Shown piece after piece: positions 38,665-44,830 of a DNA stretch of 44,830 bases. The first letter of the stretch is position 1. Each line of letters opens with the position of its first letter. The stretch is from positions 1 to 44,830 of the IMG/VR virus record IMGVR_UViG_2740892487_000005. One strand, given 5' to 3'. This DNA is from a virus. Taxonomy: Duplodnaviria; Heunggongvirae; Uroviricota; Caudoviricetes. A model generated the notes under the pieces. The model was given only the letters and a program-made list of their open reading frames with translations. It made no database searches and was not told the DNA's origin. The position numbers were made by a program, and so were the translations under genes.

Positions 38665-38675
38665 ATGAGGCGCCC

Positions 38676-39056
38676 ATGTTCAATCCTGATAAATACCGTT
38701 CTGTCGAGTGGCAGAAGGGCGGACGCGATTACCCCGCACTGGACTGCTTTGGCATCGTCAACGAAATCAGGCGCGATCTTGGCCTGGCTCCGTGGCCTGA
38801 TTTCGCCGGAGTCACAAAGGATGATGACGGCCTCGACCGGGAGGCGCGCGGGCTGATGGCTGGCCTGACGCGATGTGAGCCTGCCCCGGGCGCGGGTATC
38901 GCCTGTTATTCAGGCTCTGTGGTGACGCACGTTGCCATCGTTGTTGAGATTGATGGCCAGCTTCGCGCCGCGGAGTGCAATCCCCGCACTAACGTAACCT
39001 TCCTGCCGCTGGCGCGGTTTGCGCGCCGCTTTGTTCGCGTGGAGTATTACCAGTGA
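38676..39056 (+). CDS. NlpC/P60 (C40) peptidase-like tail protein (gpK-position)
   Basis: 126 aa with Cys (…LDCFGIV…) and His (…VTHVAIV…) in the arrangement of NlpC/P60 catalytic residues. Confidence 0.55.
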   Translation: MFNPDKYRSVEWQKGGRDYPALDCFGIVNEIRRDLGLAPWPDFAGVTKDDDGLDREARGLMAGLTRCEPAPGAGIACYSGSVVTHVAIVVEIDGQLRAAECNPRTNVTFLPLARFARRFVRVEYYQ

Positions 39057-42000
39057 CGATCCGAATCTATCCCTCACGCCTGCCCGGCGAGCCGCTGGAA
39101 AAGCACGAACACGAAACGATGACCCTCAGCGCCTGGTTTGCGCGGAACGTGAAGGACTGGGCACCGGATCAGCAGCATCCGGTTGCGGTTGAAATCGACT
39201 GTGTCCCCGTCCCGGCGTCAGAGTGGCCACTGTGCGTTATCAAACGCGAAACCGACGTCAGGATGTATCCGGTACCATACGGTACGGGAGCAGAAATCGC
39301 GCTGTGGGTGGCCGTCAGTTTGGCTGTCGCCTCTGCTGCGTACAGCATCTACATGATGAGTACCATGTCGCAGGCAGGCGGCGGTGGTTCCCAGGCGGCC
39401 AGCGGTGACCAGATTGACCTCAACCCGGCCAAAGCGAACTCGGCGAAACTCGGTGACCCCATCCGGGAAATCTTCGGCAAATATCGCGTATGGCCTGATT
39501 ACGTCGTGCAGCCGGTGAGCCGGTTCGTCAACGAGACCAGCATGGAAACCAGCATGTTTCTGTGCGTGGGTGTCGGGGACATGGTGATTAACCAGTCCGA
39601 TATCCGGATCGGTAATACGCCAATCTCTGCTTTCGGTACGGACGTGCGTTACACCCTCTACCCGCCTGGCGCCACGGTATCCGGCGACACGCGCACTGAA
39701 AACTGGTTCAACTCACCAGAGGTCGGCAATACCGGCTCCGGTACCGCCGGGCTGGACCTGGGCTCAAGCGGCCCGGAGACGGTCAGTATTATCGCGGATG
39801 CGCTGGTCGTGTCCGGAAACTCCATCACGCTGGTTGACGTATCGTCGTCTGGGGATGAGGAGATCCCGCCGTCCTGGACGGTCGGAACGGTGATCACCGT
39901 GCTGGCACCAAACTCCTATACGGTCGTGTCGTCCGGCGGTTACAGCGTGATTTATGGCGGAGTAGAGGAACTGGCACCAGTGGTCGGCATGCCAGTATCC
40001 CTGAACTATAACGGCAACGACTACGATCTGGTGATCGCCAGCTACGCCCCTGGCGTTCCGGCGGTGCCGGGGGTAGGCGGTAGCGCCGCCAGAATCACAG
40101 CCAGTGCAGCGCCGACGACCTACGATTTCAGCACCACGCCTGTGACGTTCAGCATCAGTTGGCAGGGCACGACTTACCCGGTATCGCTGGTGACCAACTA
40201 TGTCACCATGTCAGGGCTGGTTTCCTCGATCACCTCGCAATTGTCCGGTTCCGGCCTGGTCGCGCGCGATAACAGTGGGCGGCTTGAAATTGGCGAGGCC
40301 AGCAGCCCCTATGCTGGCGGGTCCATTACGAACAGCCCGTTACCCGTTGCTGTGTTCGGTGATGCTCCGGTTAATACGGCTGGCGTGAAATCAACTGGCG
40401 GCACTGCGGAAGTGAGGGCGCACATTACCCTGGCCTACAATAGCGCCACTGGCACGCCATTCACCGGTCTGCCGGAAGGCATCCAGCGGTTCTCTCTGGG
40501 GCTGGCTGGCAATCAGTTCCGGATCACCGACGTGGACAGCCAGACGGTCACGGTTGAGAGGATTGCAGTCACCACCGGACCTGGCGGTGAGACCATCACG
40601 ACGCCAGAACTATCGTGGCCCGGATTCACTGAGCGAACCCTTCTGGACGCGACCGTTACTGGCGTCAGCGACGATTATGAATGGGTGGGGCCGTTCCTCG
40701 CCTGCCCCGACGGCGAAACCATGGACGCATTCGAAGTGAACATCAACTTCCAGAGCGGGCTGGTTCGCTACACCGATAAAGGTAACAAGCGCTCCATGCC
40801 CGTGCGCCTGGTGATCCAGTATCGCAAGGTTGGTACCACCGCCTGGCAGCAGCAGTCTCCGTTCTATTCCCGCAGCACCGAAAACCAGATTGGGTTTACG
40901 CATCGCTACAGCGTCTCACCCGGTCAGTATGAGATCCGTATGCGCCGCACTGAAACGGTTAAAGGTGGCAGCACGCGTGACCAGGTCTTCTGGCAGGCGC
41001 TGCGCTCCCGGCTGAGAAAGCGCCCCACGAAGTACGACGGAGTCACCACCATGGCGCTGACCGTGCGCACAGGGAATCGCCTGGCGGCCATGTCCGATCG
41101 CCGGATAAGTGTCACACCAACCCGGATTTACAGCGGCGGCAGAACGGCGCGGAGCATCAGCGGGGCGCTTTACCACGTCCTGGAGTCACTTGGGTTCACG
41201 ACCAGCCAGATTGATACGGCGGCAATTGACGCGCTGGAACAAACCTACTGGACGCCCCGCGGTGAGAAGTTCGACTGGGCGAGCGGTGAGAGCAAGTCCG
41301 CACTTGAGGTGCTGCAGAAAATCACCAACGCAGGTATGGGGTATTTCCTGCTGTCTGACGGGCTGGCGTCTGCTGGCCGGGAAGGGATTAAACCCTGGGT
41401 AGGCATGATCACCCCGCAGGAAACCACCGAGGAGTTGCAGACCGCGTTTAAGGCCCCGTCTCAGGACGATTACGATGGCGTGGACGTGACGTATATCAAC
41501 GGTACCACCTGGCAGAGGAGACCGTGCAGTGTCGCCTGCCTGGCAACCCTACGCCGGTGAAAATCGAGAGCTACACGCTGGATGGCGTTCTGGACGAGGA
41601 CCGCGCTTACCGCATCGGCATGCGCCGGTTGCTGGGCTACCAGTTGCAGCGCCTGCAGCACACCACCTCAACCGAGATGGATGCGCTCTGCTACGAGTTC
41701 ATGGACCGCATTGTGCTGGCCGATGACATCCCCGGCAGCCAGACACTGAGTTGCCTGATTACCGATATGACGTATGACAGCAGCAAAATCACCCTGACGC
41801 TCAGCGAGGCCCCGGACTGGTCGTTCCAAAGCCCGCGCGTGATTATCCGCCACCATGACGGGCGGGCATCGGCAATGGTTGTGCCGACACACATTGACGA
41901 CTTCACGATCTCGGTGCCGTACAGCGCCGCGCTGGAGCCGGAATTATGGGCAATGAACGATGCGTACATTGAGCCGCCGCGCCTGCTGTTCTGCTCGTCT

Positions 42001-42135
42001 GTCCGTGTGCCGTATGACGCACTGGTGGGGGAAATATCCCCAGGCAATGACGGGATCAGTCAGGTAACAGCCATCCAGTACCACCCAGGAAAGTATGCCT
42101 ATGACGACGCCACTTACCCCGGCGACGCCGCTTAA
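39053..42135 (+). CDS. Large tail host-specificity protein (gpJ-position); split by an indel in this sequence
   Basis: ORFs 39053..41560 (835 aa) and 41524..42135 (203 aa) join with a one-base correction near 41514-41518 (…YINGTTWQ / ETVQCRLPGNPTPVKIESYTLDG…). Confidence 0.7.
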
Positions 42136-42156
42136 AAAAGACTTCAATATTATCTG

Positions 42157-42179
42157 ACCCGCTTCGGCGGGTTTTTTTT
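42157..42179 (+). terminator. Intrinsic terminator
   Basis: Stem ACCCGC/GCGGGT with loop TTCG followed by T8. Confidence 0.8.
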
Positions 42180-42194
42180 ATGCCAGGAGCTAGC

Positions 42195-44186
42195 ATGACC
42201 ACATACGCCACGAATAACCCGAGAGGGTCAATGGATCCGAAGGACCTGTTCGATAACGCCCAGAACCTGGACTTTGCGGTAAACGATATTACCAAAGCAT
42301 TCTGGAAGGACCGCTTCGGCAGAAATCGACCAACAATGTTTGGCATGGAGCAGGCGTTTTCTGCCCAGCTGCTTAGCCAGAAACAGCGCTTTGACAATTT
42401 TATCCAGAGTTCAGGGTATAAGGTTATTGGTGATTATACCGATGGCCCGCTGACTATTACTGAATATAACCAGCTAATCCGTTATCAGAATGAGTTCTAC
42501 AAATTAACCGCCGCCACAACACTGCCGTTTACCACCACCGGTAATGACGCAACATCATGGGCCAATGATTCCCTGCATTTTGTCAGCGTGGGAGATGCTG
42601 CGCTTCGTCAGGAGCTGTCCGCGCCGGGGGGTGCGAGCCTGGTTGGCCCTGGGGTGATGGCTCGTGGTATTGATAAATTCTCAATATTTAATGGCAACCT
42701 AGGGGAAAATGCAACCCCTGGATTACGGGTTGATCTCAATACTCTGACAGGACAATCGACCGGTAACGGTAATTTCCTAAACATGGTTTTTATACCATCC
42801 GATCAATTGGACACCACGGGTAAAGTCGCTGGCCAGATGATTGATCATAGATTCGGAGGCGGTGCCGGAGGTAGACATGGGTTTATGTCAAGATTGATCC
42901 AATCATCACCGCAGTTAAGTACAACAAATGACCAGAACTACGTGGCTGTGGTAGCTCAAGTATTGTGTGATGCAGGCGACCCCATAGAAACATCTACCGG
43001 GTCTGTTCTTTTTGCCAGTGAGTCTTTTGCTGAAAGCCGAACAGATACTGGCAAAGTCAGGGCTGTTATTGGGTCGCTGCATGAGGCAGGGGTCTCAGGA
43101 ACAGTAATTCCACTTGATCGAATTGGCGTTCAAGTAACAAGTCAAGGCACAAAGAATGCCACTCGAGTTGATGCAGCCATTGGTGTGTCATCTGGGACTT
43201 CGCGCGCAGCCTGGAAAAACGGGATTAAGTTTTCAAATGTTACAGGTGGGCAAGTATTTGATTCAACATCCTGTGCAATTATCCTGGATCCAGAATCAAC
43301 ATCACAACCTAAGATGACCCTAGACGCGATTATAAAGGTCAAATCTTCTGATGTAACATTCAACAACATAATAGACACTCCAAGGGTAAAGCTGTCTCAA
43401 TCAGGCCTGGATATTAATTTAAGCTCGTCGTACATAAAACTTGGTGGGACGGTTGCTAGCAATACCCCGCATGTTAGTTTTCGCTCTGGCGCAACAGCCG
43501 CTCCAGGTTTTGATTCTAGATTTATCGCCACTGGAGGCAATGGCTCAGATGCGGGGGGGTCATTACAGGCACAATGCGCTACCCTAATTGTGTCTGGCAC
43601 GCTCAGGCCTAGCTCTGCAAACACATCTCTATGTGGTACGACATCACAACCATGGTCTGGCGGATTTACTCAAACTGCATTCACCGTAACCTCGGACGAA
43701 ACCCACAAGACAAAGCCGATAATGCTAGCTCGTGGCGTTCTGAAGCCTGCGACATCTTTAGATGCCGAAATGATGCCCCCTCCTCATGCTGATACCATTC
43801 TCGACGCATGGGCTGAGGTTGATTTCGTGCAATTCAAGTATCTAGACCGGGTAGAGGCGAAAGGTGAAGACGGTGCCCGTTGGCACTTTGGTGTTATTGC
43901 TCAGAGGGCTATTGAAGCATTTGAGCGCCACGGACTCGACGCATTTGCATTCGGATTTGCGTGCTATGACGAATGGGGCGGGACAGAGGAAGTTATCGAT
44001 GAAGAGTCGGGAGAGGTAATTACTGAGCGAGTTGACGCAGGCTCTAAATACGGCATTCGCTATGAAGAGGCGCTGGTATTGGAGGCAGCTCTCCAACGTC
44101 GCAACTATGCGAGATTGTTGGCCGATCAGGAGACAATGGCCGCACGTATTGAAAAGCTTGAAAGTCTACTCAGTAAGGCGAATTGA
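42195..44186 (+). CDS. Tail fibre/spike protein with C-terminal intramolecular chaperone (peptidase S74-like) domain
   Basis: Start at ATG 42195 after AGGAG. Central region visibly AT-rich. C-terminal …TSDETHK…DAWAEVDFVQFKYLD…GARWHFGVIAQ… resembles the self-cleaving chaperone domain of endosialidase-type fibres. Confidence 0.75.
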   Translation: MTTYATNNPRGSMDPKDLFDNAQNLDFAVNDITKAFWKDRFGRNRPTMFGMEQAFSAQLLSQKQRFDNFIQSSGYKVIGDYTDGPLTITEYNQLIRYQNEFYKLTAATTLPFTTTGNDATSWANDSLHFVSVGDAALRQELSAPGGASLVGPGVMARGIDKFSIFNGNLGENATPGLRVDLNTLTGQSTGNGNFLNMVFIPSDQLDTTGKVAGQMIDHRFGGGAGGRHGFMSRLIQSSPQLSTTNDQNYVAVVAQVLCDAGDPIETSTGSVLFASESFAESRTDTGKVRAVIGSLHEAGVSGTVIPLDRIGVQVTSQGTKNATRVDAAIGVSSGTSRAAWKNGIKFSNVTGGQVFDSTSCAIILDPESTSQPKMTLDAIIKVKSSDVTFNNIIDTPRVKLSQSGLDINLSSSYIKLGGTVASNTPHVSFRSGATAAPGFDSRFIATGGNGSDAGGSLQAQCATLIVSGTLRPSSANTSLCGTTSQPWSGGFTQTAFTVTSDETHKTKPIMLARGVLKPATSLDAEMMPPPHADTILDAWAEVDFVQFKYLDRVEAKGEDGARWHFGVIAQRAIEAFERHGLDAFAFGFACYDEWGGTEEVIDEESGEVITERVDAGSKYGIRYEEALVLEAALQRRNYARLLADQETMAARIEKLESLLSKAN

Positions 44187-44223
44187 TAGGCAGCCTCGCA
44201 TTGATCTGCAATCCCTTTAAAAC

Positions 44224-44243
44224 TACTGTATATAAAAACAGTA
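44224..44243. promoter_or_regulatory. LexA (SOS) box
   Basis: TACTGTATATAAAAACAGTA matches CTGT-N8-ACAG, placed 15 bp upstream of the ATG at 44259. Confidence 0.7.
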
Positions 44244-44258
44244 AAAGGAGTGCAGATC

Positions 44259-44498
44259 ATGCCCCGCCGTTCCGACATTCACGCCGCATTTGTGGCTGCA
44301 ATACAGCAAAACCCTAAAGGTTATCAGTGCCTTCACACGAATGACTTCATCCGTGAGTTGCGCGCCAGGAACTGGCATTTCACGCAGGCCGACGCCAACG
44401 ACTGGATAGAGCGCTATCAGCCCGACTTCGCCGACAAGACTACAGACCTGAGCGTGAACCGCCTGTGGATCCTGCGCAATATGGGGAGGGTTCACTAA
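44259..44498 (+). CDS. Hypothetical SOS-regulated protein (80 aa)
   Basis: ATG 44259 with AAGGAG RBS directly downstream of the LexA box. Confidence 0.5.
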   Translation: MPRRSDIHAAFVAAIQQNPKGYQCLHTNDFIRELRARNWHFTQADANDWIERYQPDFADKTTDLSVNRLWILRNMGRVH

Positions 44499-44830
44499 TG
44501 GGCTTCGCCTCACCAGCTACCGACTATATAGAGCAGCGGGTTACGCCAGCCAGTGTCTGCATGACTCCCGACAGTCGCATCCTCGAGACGTCGGCGGGTT
44601 ATGCGATCATCGTCCCGGTCACGCGCCCACAGCAGGGTGATGCGCTGTTGATTCTGTCCGGAGGTCGGACGCAGTTTGCGAAGCTTAGGGGTAAAGCGTT
44701 AATCACGGATGACGGCGAAGCGATCGAAGGTGATGCAGCTGAAGAGGCTGAGGTTATGAGGCGGGTGACGCACTTTATCAACAGCACTGATGCTGCGATA
44801 TCTCCTGAGGCGGCATTGGCGCAGTTTTGA
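44498..44830 (+). CDS. UmuD'-like protein (resembles pre-processed UmuD, lacks catalytic Ser motif)
   Basis: Coupled start (TAATG) after GGGGAGGG. N-terminus MGFASPATDYIEQR… resembles UmuD residues following its self-cleavage site (GFPSPAADYVEQR…, from memory); no GDSM motif. Confidence 0.45.
   Translation: MGFASPATDYIEQRVTPASVCMTPDSRILETSAGYAIIVPVTRPQQGDALLILSGGRTQFAKLRGKALITDDGEAIEGDAAEEAEVMRRVTHFINSTDAAISPEAALAQF

Larger units (their letters stand above)
475..44830. mobile_element. Lambdoid prophage (partial; continues beyond window end)
   Basis: Contiguous lambda-like gene order from int/xis through immunity, replication, nin, Q, lysis, packaging, head and tail genes. Confidence 0.9.

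Overview
Almost the whole window is a lambdoid (lambda-order, siphovirus-type) prophage inserted into the host DUF72 gene yecE. The host remnant is at 1 to about 475 and the prophage runs past the window end at 44830. Gene order, left to right: integrase and excisionase (minus strand), an early-left block of small genes, a Red-like exo/bet/gam module with an HNH endonuclease, the immunity region (S24-type cI repressor, divergent cro, operators with TTTAGC-N5-GCTAAA half sites), YdaT/cII-like gene, O with ori iterons, P, a nin region (ninB, rusA), antiterminator Q, a putative tR' terminator, lysis cassette (two holin-like genes, GH108 endolysin, spanins), terminase small and large subunits, portal, head morphogenesis protein, scaffold, decoration protein, major capsid, connector and completion genes, major tail protein, chaperone, tape measure, distal tail proteins, a large host-specificity protein and a tail fibre with a C-terminal intramolecular chaperone domain. 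Several cargo (moron) insertions, most looking AT-rich by eye, interrupt this backbone. The most interesting are a stand-alone FtsH-like HExxH metallopeptidase with a small partner inside the tail module, a cytoplasmic trypsin-like serine protease with a convergent unknown gene between lysis and packaging, a membrane zinc-ribbon protein inside the head module, a three-gene secreted/lipoprotein cassette in front of the tape measure gene, and a LexA-box-controlled pair ending in a UmuD'-like protein. Important caveat: the sequence carries many single-base indels, mostly in homopolymer runs, that split otherwise intact genes (including host yecE), so split genes are reported as single CDS with the shift noted. 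All calls come from reading the ORF translations and the DNA by eye; no database search or computation was run.
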